In this document: positions 9,560 through 23,973 of the stretch, one piece after another | Position numbering within the stretch: the stretch's first letter is position 1 | How the letters are laid out: each line of letters begins with the position of its first letter | NCBI GenBank assembly: GCA_016748015.1 | Contig: JAAOMT010000198.1 | Location: forward strand, 170,797 to 234,796 | Length of the DNA stretch: 64,000 nucleotides | Direction: 5' to 3' | Source of the DNA: Geosiphon pyriformis uo1 | Lineage: Eukaryota; Fungi; Glomeromycota | Notes under the pieces: generated by a model | Seen by the model: only the letters and a program-made list of their open reading frames with translations | Databases searched by the model: none | Told to the model about the DNA's origin: nothing | Translations under genes and position numbers: made by a program

Positions 9560-12500
9560 TTTTTTTTTTATTATGCAATTAATAAGTAAAGCCTAACTGC
9601 TATCTAGTATATAGAACCAAACTAAGTGGAACAAACTAAATGCAGCTTACACACTTTCTACATATGGCCAGCCACTTAGACCAGACAAGATTACACTACA
9701 CATTTATGTGAACAGAAGCATTACCATCCAAACCAAAAAAAAAATGGCATATTTTGTATCTACCAAAATTAATAGCAAAAAAATCAATAACACTAAGTAT
9801 ATAAACAACTTCATCTGACAACTTAGATACCAAACAATAAGATAAGCCTAAAACTACACTACTATCTCTGACCAAACCAGCCTTCTCTATATCCACCCTA
9901 TGCTTGAATTTAACAGACTATACCTTAGTGCAAAACAATTTGACCACAAACCTAACATATTCAATAATAGCCAATAAGACTTTTTCTTTCTCTTCAAAAG
10001 CCAAAGTAGTCTCAGCATACCAATCTTTGAACACAAAACTCTTATATACAGCAATAAACAGACCCAAGTCCAAAGAACTATTTGAAAGTAAATGCAAGAC
10101 AACTAATATAGGTGAGCAAGAAAAACTTACCAAAAACACTTATCTTTTAGCAGTATTGGCTAAAATGTTCTTACAAAGTTTAGCATAATTAGAACAAGCA
10201 AAAACATGATTAGACAACTTTATCTCTTTACATAGCAAGCATAGCACTCCAGAATAGTCCTTGTCATACAACCTTTTTTTGACTACTACAGACAACTATC
10301 TATGTACTATTTTTATTAAATAGGTGTGCAAATTGCCTAAGCTCTTGCTAATAAATCCAGAGAGCATGTAAGAATCAAAATGTCAGACCTTTAAAGTAAC
10401 AGTCCAATATATCTCCTTAATCATAGCACCCGGAACAATATTATAACCAGAACCAGCCTTCTAACGAGCATGGCAAATCAACCAATAAAGATCACAAACA
10501 AAATAACAAGCATTGTCTGACATAACAGTATTCTCAGCAACCAAAAAACAGTCTTGAACTCCAACTGATAAAAAAATTGAAGAAAAAACGGCCTTTTTTG
10601 CCATTTTATCAGTCTTAATATTGCCTGGAATCCCTGAATGACCTTTAATCTTCACCTATTTAACCAAAATGTTTTTATTTTTAATAAAATTAACAATATG
10701 TGATCTTTTAATCCAGCACTGATTGTAAAAATCAGACACTGCAATTTAAGTCTCTAATACATAAGCATCAATTGTAGGTTGGCTGTCTGAATATAAAATC
10801 ACAAAACAAGAAAAAGAAACACATTCTAAGACTAAAGCAATAGCTTGTAATTCAGCCAAAGTAAAAAACAAAAGTTCAAAGACTCTAATCCCAATACCTA
10901 TATCTATAGTCAAAAAATAGACAGCTATATTATTTGTCATCTCAGCTGAACCAGTACCCTTTAAGGACCCATTTGTATAAACCTTAATACAATTTAACCA
11001 AATTTCCAAAAGACTACTATGAACACCAGTGTAAGTCTCAGAATCCAAGATATTCAATGCTAATAACCCATGAGTTTTGGTGACCATGACCTTAGTGAAA
11101 GCATACTTGTCCATAAAATTAGCTGTTAGAGTAAACCAGTAAGGAACAAGGCCTCTTAAATCCAATTTCTTCCACTGCTGAAATGTTTTCCAGTCCATTA
11201 CTCTTTAGAAGTCTATCACTAAAAGCAATACCAAATTGTCTCAAGGAGAAAACAGAATTATAATACAAAGAATGACCCAGGATGTCAGATATCGGAAATC
11301 TGTTAGAGCCACAAAAAGCACTGGGCAAATTGTTTACCAAAAACATCTTATTTTCCAACAAGATCCTTATTATACCAGTTAAAAAATTATTCACTGAATT
11401 AATTTTCAACCTGACAGAATGCTGTAAAAAATTCAAAAAAAACCACCTCAAAACTTGTAAATCTAAAAATCTATGCTCAAATAAACATTCAAAAATGCCA
11501 TAGACATTAAAAAAGAAAACCAGTGAAGCCAACTTTCCTTCAGATTGTATCTGCTCAAAAGATTTCAAATTATACAAAAAAAGGTGATGTAAAATCTTAT
11601 TTGGAAAATTTCGCAGCAACTTAGCCTTAGATCTGAAATTTTTTTTGACCATAACATTCTATTTGTAACACACACTCAATGAAACATAACTAAACTGTAT
11701 CCAATAGCTAACTATAGGCTGAAAAACAACCAATGCCAAATAAGAAAATTGTTTATCTGTAATAGCTTTTCTAAGCACCACATTTGAAAAAAATCTAACA
11801 TCTGTATGAGCTTAGACCAAATTAGGCTTGAAGAAACCCTCAATAGACAAAAAAATCCCTAAGTACCTATGTAATTCACCACACTTAGCAATTAAGATTG
11901 GCAAGTCATTAATCAAAAGTGAAGCAGTCTTGACACCTTGATTGATTGAAATAGCCACTGTCTTATCATTATTAATAAAAATGTTATTAACAACAAAGAA
12001 TCTACTAGCAATATCCAAAATATTCTGTGTAGAAGCTTAACAGCTCCCAACCCAAATAGTATCATCAACAAAAATGCCAGCAGCCAAAAAGAAAGTTCTT
12101 TCTTCAATAGCTTAAACTTGGCCAGTGTTTACTACAAACTTTGTATTAATATGGTATTCAAATAAGTGTTTTTGTTTCTTAATCTTACATAAAAATGGAT
12201 CATAGAATATCCACCAAAGAAATAAAAAGAAAATCCCACCTTAATCCAACTTATCATGTATCCTGTAATCAATTGAGAGGCCAAAATTCATTATAACTTT
12301 GTTAATACAATTCTCATAAATACTACTAAAAAACTTGATAAACTGACTGCACATCTTAATATGATGCAAATTAATTTTCAAATGATACCAGCCCATAGAA
12401 TCATAAGTCTTGTGCATGTTTTACAATACCAACAAAGTTCTCTATTCTTTTCCAAAGCATCTTCAACAACAGAACCAATGGCAAAAATTAGAGATTGAGT

Positions 12501-15500
12501 TAAAGTACTTTTTAACACCAAAAAATTGTCACTATAAAAAACATTAAATCTGCTGTATGCTAAAAATATCCAATTAGAAAGAATCTTAAACAAGATTTTA
12601 CAGGCTGTTTCAATTAGTGCAATAGACTTAGTATTGATTAAAACACTATTCCATTTATAGAATTTAGGAATCATTGAAACTCATGCTTTTTTCCAAGAAG
12701 TCAGAACTGTATTTGAAGTTAAGCACAAATTTAACAGCTTTAAGAGACAAGATAACACCTTATTACTACAGTGTTTTTAAAGTTCATTAGGAATCCTTAA
12801 TAATCCAGCAGCTTTATCATTTGGCAAATTATTAATACACAAAAACAACTTTTTCATATTAATTATTTTATCACACCAGAAAAAGCATCATCATGAACAT
12901 AATCCAAAGACATATATTAATGAAACCAATGATCAGACATTCTTAGAAGAACTGACTGTTTTCTTGTCCACCTTTCTATAATTTTATCTACTTTAAGTTT
13001 TACCTCATCAGATTTAACCACCAATTTATTTTCAATTACTAAGTGATCCAAAACAACTTTGTAAAATAAATGTTCAAAAACACTCTTAATCATCTATCTT
13101 TTGTTAGAACAGAAGTTATCCATATGACATTCAATTGTTTTCTTAATGGCAGCATTCTCAAAAGTCTTTAATTCAAGATACTTAGAATTTTGATACTTTT
13201 TCTTGACTATTGACAAATATTTGACCAGATCCATTAAACTCATACCAACCAGAACCATGTCAGCAATTTTAGAAGCCTCTACTTTATTAATATCTGATCA
13301 GACTCTTATGAGATGGTCAAAATTCAGATGATCTTCAGAACTCCAAACTTTCACAATTTTAGCAACAAGCAGTTCCAATTTGAAAAACTTAAAAGATTGT
13401 TTGTTTTTTGAACAATTATATTCACTATACCAATGTTTAGAAAACACCACATTAGCAACCTGTACTATGGCATTTTTTAGCACCACCCACATTGCATCCA
13501 AATCATTATCACTCTTTGTACTCTTAAACTTGTTTGAACTGCCAATAACTCAGCAAAAGCTCACTCTTTAAAATGCAACCAATAGGCCTCATTTACATTA
13601 TCTATCTTAAATTTTCACTGGTCCCAATTGGCTTGTTTGTAAACACTATTAAGACAAGCATCCAAGAAGCCTCCCAAACCAACTATAACTGAAATTGTTT
13701 TATGATCTGTATCAAAAAATTCTGACATATTATTGACTATATACAATATAACAATAGAAGCCAGGTTTCCACTCACAAAAATAAAATTCAGCACTCTTTT
13801 AATGCCCTTAGAATTGCTCCAAATAAAAGTTTTGGCCAACAAATGTCCCTTAAAAGTATTAACAAGACCCAGGTCTGAACAAAACTTAAAATTCACACTT
13901 CTTTTAGATTCATTAAAGTTACTATTCACGACAGTAAAAAAGCTAGAATTAACTGCTCTAGAGATTAAGGAGTTGATAAAAAAAGCTTGGCCAAAATGTG
14001 TATTAACAGAAGCACCAGCATATAGGCCTAAGATTGTAATTAAAAGCTTGTTTTTAAACAAAAGATGAACAAAGATTAACTGACCAGGAACTTCATCCAT
14101 CTTTGAAATATACAGAGCCAAAAAATTGTTAATAATAATGGCAATCTCAGCACCAAGAAAACTCACATCCAAACCAGAAGTAAAAACCCAAATTTCATCA
14201 AATTTATTCATGATCTATGGCCAAATATTAGATCTTAATTTGATTTTTGTAATAATTGAAACCATATTTCCTAATTCTTTATGCCAACAAACAATGTCTT
14301 TCTGCTTGGTAGAGACATTGATACTCTGAACATTACACATAGCAAATTTTCAGATTAGATCTATTATTGAGAGGACAAAAGTGCCAAGGAATCTGAACCA
14401 GTACACAAATAGTCCAATTTTAACAAAACAAAACCAACAGAAACCTTAAGAGCTGATAACTTTGATTTCAAGCTGTCCACCTTCATGGTAAAAATTTTTG
14501 AACTACTCGAACCAAGAGTCAAGGCCATATTTACAACAACTGAAAAAAGAGCCATGGAAAACATCTGCAAAGCATCCAAAATCATATTTAAATTTGAATT
14601 TGAACTCACAGACTCAACCACAACAAGAAAAGAAGATCAAAAAACAGACACCAAAGACACCAGATTGACCAGACTTAGTTTCTTAATAACATCTAAAACT
14701 TGATTAGCCAGAAACTCCAAAAAATATTCTAGTAAAGCCAAACAATTATAAATTGAAGAGCTTTTTTGAGCAACCAATGTGCTTCCCTTATTATTTAAGG
14801 CACCAGAAGAAAAAAAACCAGACCCAAAACCAGAACCAAGATGAAAACCACCAAAAGAAGAAGTAAGTGAAACTACTTACACCCAAGACTTGCCACCAAA
14901 GACAACAGAACAAGAAATAAAAACACTCTTTTTTACATACAACTTAGCCAGCTAAAGATGATATTTCTCTGAAATGACCTTTTTAACAGTTTTTGAAAAC
15001 CTAAAGGTGGACACAGTTGGTGTGTTATACTTTAAAGTAGAATGACTGAAATGTCCACATCCTTCATAACAAACCAAATCTAGTCTAGTCCAAGAAAATT
15101 TAATATCACCAAAAATTGGCTCAGTGTAATATGCAGATTTCATTGCATCTTTAGACTCAAAGCCAACCATAGCACAGCAAATTCTATTGCCAGAATTCAA
15201 AAAACAATTTATAATACAAGTTTTTTCACCAGCTTCTTTCAAAAAAGTGCTCAAATTATAAGCAGTTGTTCCTATAGGCAAAGTAAATAACAAACCCCTA
15301 AACTAATCTCTTGATGCCCATGTATTACAATCTCTTACAGTCATAGCTACACACACTAAGTTTTTCTCAATCAAGAAGGATTATTTAACAGCCAACTGTT
15401 CAGTCTGACTCAATTTGGTAAATTCTATCACAGTCTTTTGCCACATTCCAATAAATTGAATTTTGATTAACACAATTTGTCCAAATTCGACAACTGCGGC

Positions 15501-16300
15501 GACGATCATTTCCTTAAGTGTATTTATGGGAATTTTTTTAATTATTACAGCCCGATCTGAATGAATTCCATATTTCTTAAGATTGGTGTTTATAATAATC
15601 CCTTTTTCTCTGGTCAATAATGTGGTCTTTTTCATGTTGTTTTCTGAAGTAAAGATAGATCTGATGATCTCTTCAAATTTTGAGGAGGTAATGGCTCCTC
15701 TAAAACTATTGACTAATAAAAAAATTTTTCTGATGAGTTGAGTTTTAGCTGTGGCAAATTTGTCTTTTACTGTTGAAAGATTAATGTCTAAAGCAAATAA
15801 TTTTTTAACCAACACTTCTACAAAAGTCTTGATAATCTTCAGGTCAATTTATTTTTTGTCCAGAAAAATGAGCAAGTAAGGAGAGAGAGCAACTTTATTA
15901 TCATCCACATAAAAATTGAGAGAACTAAGTGAGGAGCCAAATTAGCACCAATATTAATATGCTTTGTCTCGAGAATAGTAGCAGCCGAACCTAGAAGAGA
16001 CCCATTAGTCATGCTAGTCATGCAAACATCCTTATCATTACCAAACAGACTATTTATATTAGAATACACACTATCACCAGGCCCAAATTTACTCAAAGAG
16101 ATATCCTTCTTATTACCAGAATGTTTAACATTACTAAAGAACAACTTTCTTCTTTTAAGAAAAGAAATCATCAGTAGAACCATGAAAGGAATCTTTGGGA
16201 GTCTTCTTTTTAGACATGGACCTACTTGTAGTAATCTTCAAATTCATAAAAAATGAGTTATTAAGTAAAAAAATATTGATATAAACTAACAAAAAAAATA
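9560..16300 (-). mobile_element. Near full-length non-LTR retrotransposon (L1-like with RNase H), decayed copy 1
   Basis: ORF1 remnants ~14364-16183 (CxxCxxxxH knuckle); ORF2 remnants 9696-14364: APE (NFNE, DTDH), RT (PIALIETA, FVDD, YLG), RNase H (YTNGSL, AEL, KIKGHSG..GN..D), C-terminal Cys motif; A-tail at 9560-9569. 5' end approximate. Confidence 0.9.
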
Positions 16301-16619
16301 TAAAAAATTTTTTTTTCAGAAAATACACTTTTTAAAGATTTTTAAAAGTAAGAAAAAAAAAAGTTTTTTAATAAATATATTATTTGATTTTTTGCTTAAT
16401 AAATTTAAAAAATGAGTTTTGTATTTTTTATTATGTTTTTTATATTATTATTTTTAATTAAATTGAGTTTTTTTATTAATAACTTTTTTTATAACTTTAA
16501 TATTTTTAATTATTTTGTTTTTAAATTTGAAAATAATAGTATTTACAATTTTATTTGTAATATTTATTTTTAATTTGACTATTTTTTTAGTTAATTCAAT
16601 CAATTTTAGTAAATTTATT

Positions 16620-16830
16620 TTTTATTTTTTTATTAATGCATTTAATGAATGAAGTCCAATTACTATTTAGTACATAGAACCAAACTAAGTGGATCAAACT
16701 AAATGTGACTCATGCATTTTCTATATGTGGCTAATCATTCAGGCCAGACAAGACAACACTATATATCTATAACAACACATGAATTATTATCAAAACCAGA
16801 AAAAAAAAAACAAGGCCAATAGCAGCCAAA
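16620..16830 (-). mobile_element. 5'-truncated 3' fragment of the same LINE family
   Basis: Shares TAGAACCAAACTAAGTGGAxCAAACTAAATG and CCAGACAAGA with the LINE 3' end at ~9600-9750; T-run at the tail. Confidence 0.8.
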
Positions 16831-18145
16831 ATTTATTTTCTATTAAATTTATTAATATTTAATTTTTTTTTAAATTTTGATAAAAAATTTATAATAATTT
16901 TTTATTAATTATAAAAGATTACTTAAGTTTAAATAATATTTTTAAAAAATATTGGTTTATTAATAAAAAAAATTTTTTTTTGTAATATTAAGTCAAAAAT
17001 TTTTTATATATAAGTTTTTTAGTCTAATTTATTTAAAAAACTTAATTTTATAATTTTAAACAACTTATTTTTTATTTTAAAATATATAATTATAATTTTT
17101 TTATAATTAAATAAATATTTATTAATTATGTATATTTTTTATTTAATTTGTTACAATTATTAATGTTTAATAAATTAATAATAATAGTTTTATGCTAATT
17201 TTTTTTAAATATTTTTGATTTTAATAAATTTAACTATTTATATATAAATTAAAATTAATTAATTATTAATTGTTTAATTATATTGTTTTTAGTATATTCT
17301 ATTTTGGTTTTTTGTTATAGTTTAATTAATAATAAAAAATATATTATTTATATTAATTTTTAATAACAAAGTTATAAAATCAGTTTTTCAATTTAAAGTT
17401 AAGTTTATTTTTTTTACTATTTTTTAAAATATTATTATTGGTTTTACAAATCGGAACTTTTAAGTTTAAATAGCACAAAAGTGTTTGAAACAAACAGAAC
17501 TGTAATATAAAACTTCATTTTTCTTTGCTATTTTTTTAGTAAACAAGAGATTTAATACAATAAAAGAATTTTTTTTTAAAACAATTAAAATAAAAACATA
17601 AAAAATTACAATATATATTATAATTTTTTTTGAAATTTGAAATTTTGTGGTTTTTAATTTCTTCATACACAAATATATGTAAATAATACAAATTATAATT
17701 AATTAAATAAAAATTACGTTTTAATTATAATCTCAACAATCTTGATGAAAAAGGCGAGAAAGAAACGTCATCTCGGCATAAGCCACTGCAGCTTCATATT
17801 CACACTACCCCCATACTAAGAATAGCCTTGTATTACCTTTAGTCCCAGTAAACAACTCCATCATCATCATCATACATGAAATTAGTGGAAGTCAACTGAA
17901 CTTTCTGAAGATTCCACTCGTTACTGAGCAAAGACGATTTCTCATAATTGGTCAGCTCTCTATTTCAGGCTTTATGTTCCATTTCCAATAAAACTTTATT
18001 CTTGCCTTGATTTTTGAATTGAAATCTTCCGATTAGAATTTTATGTTTGTTTACGATCCCAAGTTTATACTATAATATTAGCGCTCGAAAGATCCTTGCT
18101 CCGGTTTATTCGAAGCAAAAAATAGTATAACCCAATTTTTCAGAA

Positions 18146-21100
18146 ATGGAGTACCCCTCAAATCTCTCCTCACGTTCAAGTTCAACATCCATAAGTAGCT
18201 TTGGAAACGGTGGGCCGGGTACGGCTTACGGAACCGCTAGTTCAAGTTCAAATAACCTCAGTGGACCTTTACCTAGTAATCATGGAAGCAATGGTGTCGC
18301 TGGTGGTTCTAGTGGTTATTCCTCATCGCCGTCTAATGTAACCATGGTGCGTGACTTTGAAGCCGCTTTTATCGCATGGTTTGGTCGGATATGTTGGAGA
18401 TTTTGGTGATTTATGATGATCTATGAGCATTTGATTAATAAATCTCATTTTACAGATGATTGGAAAATGCATGTGCTGCGATAGGTAAACATTGCACATT
18501 TCGTTCCCCTCTTTTTATTTAGAGAGCTTTAATCAATTTTTTATTACAAAAAAGGGAATTATAATTTAATTTCATTATTAAAATTTACAGCAATTTGCGA
18601 TTTCCAGAGTCAGTATCTTGTTTTCGATGTACAGTATGTCAAACCATTAATGATCTCAAACCTACTGCTCAAAAAGGTAGGCATCAATTTGAATAAAAAA
18701 ACAAAACTTGGAACTCAAAAAACTTACGATATTTTACTTTGAATAGAAGAACCTATTTTACCCCTCACTTTAGATCGACTTCGGACAATGATCAACTCCT
18801 GTAAAAGCAATCATATTAGCAGAAACAGTGTAAACTACGAACTTTTAGAGCAGACCATACAAAAATGTTTCTCTAGCTGGCATGCTTTGAACGAGAGCTT
18901 TAGTAATGTAATTATGATATTTTACTTTCTTGATGCCTTTGCCATATTTTTTATTAGTGAGCATTAACACAGATAAGTTTTCTGTAAATTATTAGGGTCG
19001 GTCTGTCACTTTAGATGATTGTGGAGTTGCTCTGGATCAAGTGAGAGAGGCTTATCGGATCTTATTGGAGTTGGTATGTTTTATATTCTAACGCTATTAA
19101 AAATTTTCGCATTATCTTCGATGTCTATCACACTTCTTAGTTAACAATAGAAATGATTGCCCTTTCTACCAGCCTGTAAGCGTCATTAGGGCAATGATGA
19201 AATCAATTGAAAGTATATTAAAAAGGCCTGGAAGGTGGGTATAGTCATTTAAACTTTTTCTCATTTCCAAACAAGAGCTTGATTTTTTTGATTTTTTCTA
19301 TAGGACATTAAAAAAGAAGGAAGAAATTAAGTTTTTAATGATAATTCTTGAGGTTGGTTTAGGCAAGATTTCATTATATGCACTAATTTTTTGCTTGTTA
19401 TTCTATGCTTGATTGCTGATTTAAGTCTTTATACGTGATCTGATTTCTTTAGAATCCTCTATTATCACAACACAACTTCCCTCAAGAATCGCAATATCAC
19501 CATAATATTGTAAAGCGCATTTTTGGTCTTCTTTCTAATCTGAGTAACGAACTCCATCATTTCCTAGTAAATTGGTTTGCAAGGTAAAGCCAAAATATGA
19601 ATACTTTTTAATTCTTTAATATTCTCATTCTCACATCAATATGCTTTGTTTTTAGGCATTCAACTTCAACCTTTCGAAAGCGCGTTGATTTAGTAAATGC
19701 ATTCATTACTTTTCGACTAGCGAAACAACAGAGAACTCCTACTCCCACCCCAGGATCCCCCATATACAAATCAGATTGGCGAATTAGCTCTGCCGCAAGG
19801 GTTATGGCATTGTTGTGTATGTATCGAATATTGGACGTGAATTAAGTGAACCATTTCTCTGATCACCTTATTTATATTGATCGTGTGAATAAACATTTCA
19901 TCGAATTTCCAGTTGCCGCAAATAAGCAACAAGCCAAAATCCCATTGTCTGAATTTTATAATACTATGCTTGATTATATTGACTTAATAGCGGACTTTGA
20001 TACATGGGAACAAAGACAAGGGTCCGTTTTATAATTCAATCAAGTTTTTTTTTTTTAAAATTAATCATTGGTCGAATCATCACAAGATTTTTGCTGTCAC
20101 AGGAAATTTGCTTTTTGTCAATATCCCTTTTTAATAAGCATGGGTGGTAAAATATCGATAATGGAATTTGATGCCAGAAGGCAAATGGAATCCAAAGCTA
20201 AGGTACGACAAGGAATACTAATTAGAAGACCTGACTCCCTAAGTCTACAACAAGGGCATCTGTTGTTGACGCGTTCCAGCTTCTAAATTTTTAGGAGGCA
20301 TTTCTTAACATTTTTTTTCAAAGACGCGTAACGGCACCACATCTTGTCTTGAAAGTTCGTAGAGACTATTTAATTGAAGACTCTCTGAGCCAGATTGCAG
20401 CAAATGAAATGGATCTGAAAAAATCTCTGCGAATAGAATTTGTTGGGGAAGACGGGGTCGATGCTGGAGGCTTAAGAAAGGAATGGTTTTTGTTATTGGT
20501 GCGAGAGTTGTTCGATCCGTGTTTTGGTAGAATAAATTTTATCTTTCAATTGGTAGGCTTACCGCATTTATGTCCCAATATTACTTATGCTTATCAATTC
20601 TTGAATTTTACATGTATCAGGCATGTTTACATGGGACGAGGACTCGAATCTCTGTTGGTTCAACCCAGCCAGTTTCGAGACAAGCGATCAATATTTTTTG
20701 GTCGGTGTTGTTATCGGCTTGGCTATATACAATTCTACTATATTGGACGTCCATTTCCCATTGGCTTGTTATAAAAAATTATTTAACACTACAGTTGGAT
20801 TAGAGGACTTGAAAGTCTTTCGGCCTGTCAGTATAGTTATTTGACTCTTTTTGATTGGTTAGGCTTAGTTTTCATTTCTTTTAGTCATTTTAATTATAGG
20901 CTTTTGCACGAGGACTAGAAAAATTACTCACGTTCGAAGGTGATGTTGAAGCAACGTTCTGTCGAGACTTTGTAGGTGAATATGAAGCATTTGGTGAGCT
21001 CCAACGAATTCCATTAATTCCAAGTGGAGAAAATAAACCAGTCACTAATGCGAATCGGGAAGGTGCGTGTCTTATGAACTCTAAAATTAAATTTGTGTTA

Positions 21101-21815
21101 AACTTACTCATATATATTTTATCCGTAGAATATGTTCATCGATATGTTAATTTCATTCTTAATGAGTCAATTTCGAAACAGTTTGAACCGTTTAAACGCG
21201 GATTCAATCATGTCTGCGGCGGAAATGCATTATCTGTATGTACTCTAATCATATCAATCAAAATACATGATACTTATCATCAAAGGTCTTCATCTTTCGT
21301 TTATTTGAATCAGAAAGCTTGCACTTCATTAATGAATCTAACTTCTAAATAAAAAAAATTCCCAAGCTTTTCCAACCCGAAGAAATTGAACTCCTTGTTC
21401 GTGGTAGCGCAGAACCTTTAGAAATTGAGCAATTACGCGCCGTGACGGTCTACGATGGGTTTCGGGAAGATGAAGAAACTATTAAACATTTTTGGGCTAT
21501 TTTCAAAGCTATGGATCCTTTGATGCAACGCAAATTATTGACATTTGTGACCGGAACTGATCGAATTCCCGCAACAGGTTTAGCGAACTTGGCGCTTAAG
21601 ATATCGTGTATGGGTGAAGATAGCGAAAGGTTGGTTTATAATATGCCACCTACTTCTCAAAATTTCACAATTTTAAATTTCTTCTTGAACTTAGGTTTCC
21701 AATCGCTCATACGTGCTTCAACCAATTATGCCTTTATCGATATCGATCAAGAAAGAAATTGGAATCCAAACTGCTTAGGGCTATTCAAGAGAGTGAAGGG
21801 TTTGGTTTGAAATAG
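18146..21815 (+). CDS. HUL4: HECT-domain E3 ubiquitin ligase (Hul4/mug30-like), multi-exon
   Basis: N-terminal CxxC..CxxC ([19 protein letters not shown]); [43 protein letters not shown], catalytic [10 protein letters not shown], ends SEGFGLK*. Confidence 0.9.
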
Positions 21816-22840
21816 CATTTCAATTGTTTATAACTCGTGCTGGACGTCCATCTTTATATCCTTCCCATTCCGCTTTGAAATATGATGTCTACCTCCTTCC
21901 AGGTATCATATTTGAATCCGCTTGCTTCATTTTTGGAAATCTTTAAAGATTTTATAAAGAGGCTGTACATTATTTACATTAGATATCTAGTATAGTAATT
22001 TTGCACTTTGCTGTATTCGTGTCCCGCATTTCAGCTTCATTAGTGATCACGTTGAATAAAATTATAATTAAAGACCAAAAGAAAGAAAATGTCTGGAAAC
22101 TGCTTCATTTTTAATAGGATTTTATGTTTATATTGGAAGGCCTACACGCTCCAGGGAAAAGGTTGAAAAAAGAAATTATGAAACAATCATTCTAAATCCA
22201 TTTAAAAATTTAACTATTAAATTCTATATAATCTTGATATTTCTCACAAAAAATTTGTTTTCCCTTTGAAACGCCAACAAAAATGGATTGAAACTGATAA
22301 TCGCTATAGTGGTTTTTTCCAAGTTGATTTTGTGGAAAATAGACTGAAAGGAGGAATGATACAACTTGATATTTCTTAAATTTCCTGCGATAGGTAATCT
22401 GCAAATAAAAAACCCTATCAAATTGCGGAAGGAAAGAGAAACGTTAGACAACAATTCCATCACTAAAAGAACCAGAAAATGGAGAAATACTCTAAAGCAT
22501 AAAAATTAGGTCTACTAAGATATTGATGTTTTTCTCCTTTGAATGTTCAGCAACTATATTTTTCTTTGTCATCACGCACAAGGTGTCAGTGCTTGACTCT
22601 ATAAAAATCATCATACTTGCAAAGGATTGAAACGAACTAAAATATTTTTCGGTACTTTTTTGATTCTTCCTAGGAGCTTCGCGATTGATATATCGAAGCT
22701 CCGAGAAAGTATCTGTCTTTAGAAATAGAGGCTGTTTTCAAGCTTTTAGGAAAAAGTCGTGCTTACTTGTGTACTTTTCTGCGAGTGCCGCTGAAAACTT
22801 TTGCTATCAATAAAAATACCAAGCAGTTGCTTAGTCAAAA

Positions 22841-23153
22841 GTGCCCTACCTCCTTTTTTGCTATCAGGCACCCTGCCTATCACATCATTGGCTTAAGCAA
22901 GGAAAGATCGCCGAAATAATTTTTCCAGATATCGCTGAGAAATTAAAAAATGTGGAGCCGCTTTTGTCCTCTTTTTATTTGGTGCTAGAGATACGGGCGT
23001 AGAGGTAATCTTTCTTGGTGGCTGCATTTTCGGCGGCAAGTCTCATAAGTTGTAGTCGCCGCTTTGCCTTCGACCTTTTCCAATGCATCTTCTCCCTCCA
23101 TTCTCCAAAACTTGTGGTTCTCTCCGAAGATGACATTTCCACTATATGGACGT
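22841..23153 (+). pseudogene. IS607-family TnpA serine recombinase remnant
   Basis: HWLKQGKI (N-terminal HTH), VVVA[deletion]RFAFDLFQCIFSLHSPKLVVLSEDD, LYGR: the order and motifs of IS607 resolvases, with internal deletions. Confidence 0.7.
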
Positions 23154-23186
23154 CTCTGCATGCTCTTACGAGATTGCTTAGGTGTG

Positions 23187-23973
23187 GCTCCTGCTAATAT
23201 CACTTAGGAAACCATTGATCAGGCGCTGACAGCACGAAACGAAATCATCAAACATAATGTACAATGACAACAAGGTATGCTAGCTCATTAATTTTCAGGA
23301 GTCTCGTATCTTTACTTGTAAAGATTTTAGTTTCTTAGAAAAAATTTCTACTACATATTTAATTTTTTTTCAATAAGGACAAACGCGTGCTATGACCTTT
23401 CCACCTCGAAACTAACCACAGAAACAATAAGTGACCTATCCGCACAAGGTTACATCTGATGGCAAACTTACATATTTTGACAAACCAACGAATGGAAGGT
23501 TCGCGAGATCAAAGCGGGCAGCTCCATCAATGGAGTCTCTATTGATCCGATGTTCGCATACCCTTCGCTTGGTATTCCCTCCAAAGACATGGGTAAATAC
23601 ACTCGGACGAATTGTTAACCTGTGCAAGTATAATGTCAAACTGCCTGTTTCTACTAAAAAACGTAAGAAACGCAGGACCCGGCGACTCAACAAATCAGTC
23701 TCGCATATACGACGAAGGATTGTGCGTCTGCAGCATGAAATCCATAGAAAGAACGATCGTGTTCTTCACTCGTGAGCTTCATCTCGCCAAGGCCGAGGAG
23801 TTGGGAATCCGCGTTGTCTTCCGAAATGAGGCTTATATATTCAAGACTTGTAACCGGTGTAGTAACAAAAAAGCATTAGAGGGTTCGAAGTGTACAACTG
23901 CCGGAATGAAAATGGCCCTCGGAGGATCCTCCTTCAAACATTGCTTGGCGGAGTCTTGAGGGTTATTCAGTAA
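23187..23973 (+). pseudogene. TnpB/Fanzor2 RNA-guided nuclease remnant
   Basis: RuvC-I-like SIDP[fs]VRIPFAWYS (23538-23575), helix RRLNKSVSHIRRRIVRLQHEIHRK, RuvC-II plus Zn ribbon KAEELGIRVVFRNEAYIFKTCNRC..LEGSK, then YNCRN[DRD deleted]ENGPRRILLQTLL. Confidence 0.82.

Noticed and set aside
12058-12075. FVDD instead of YADD as an unusual RT active site
   Set aside because: F at this position is normal for L1-clade RTs (FADD).
22985-23203. 72-aa minus-strand ORF
   Set aside because: Antisense shadow of the IS607 recombinase remnant.
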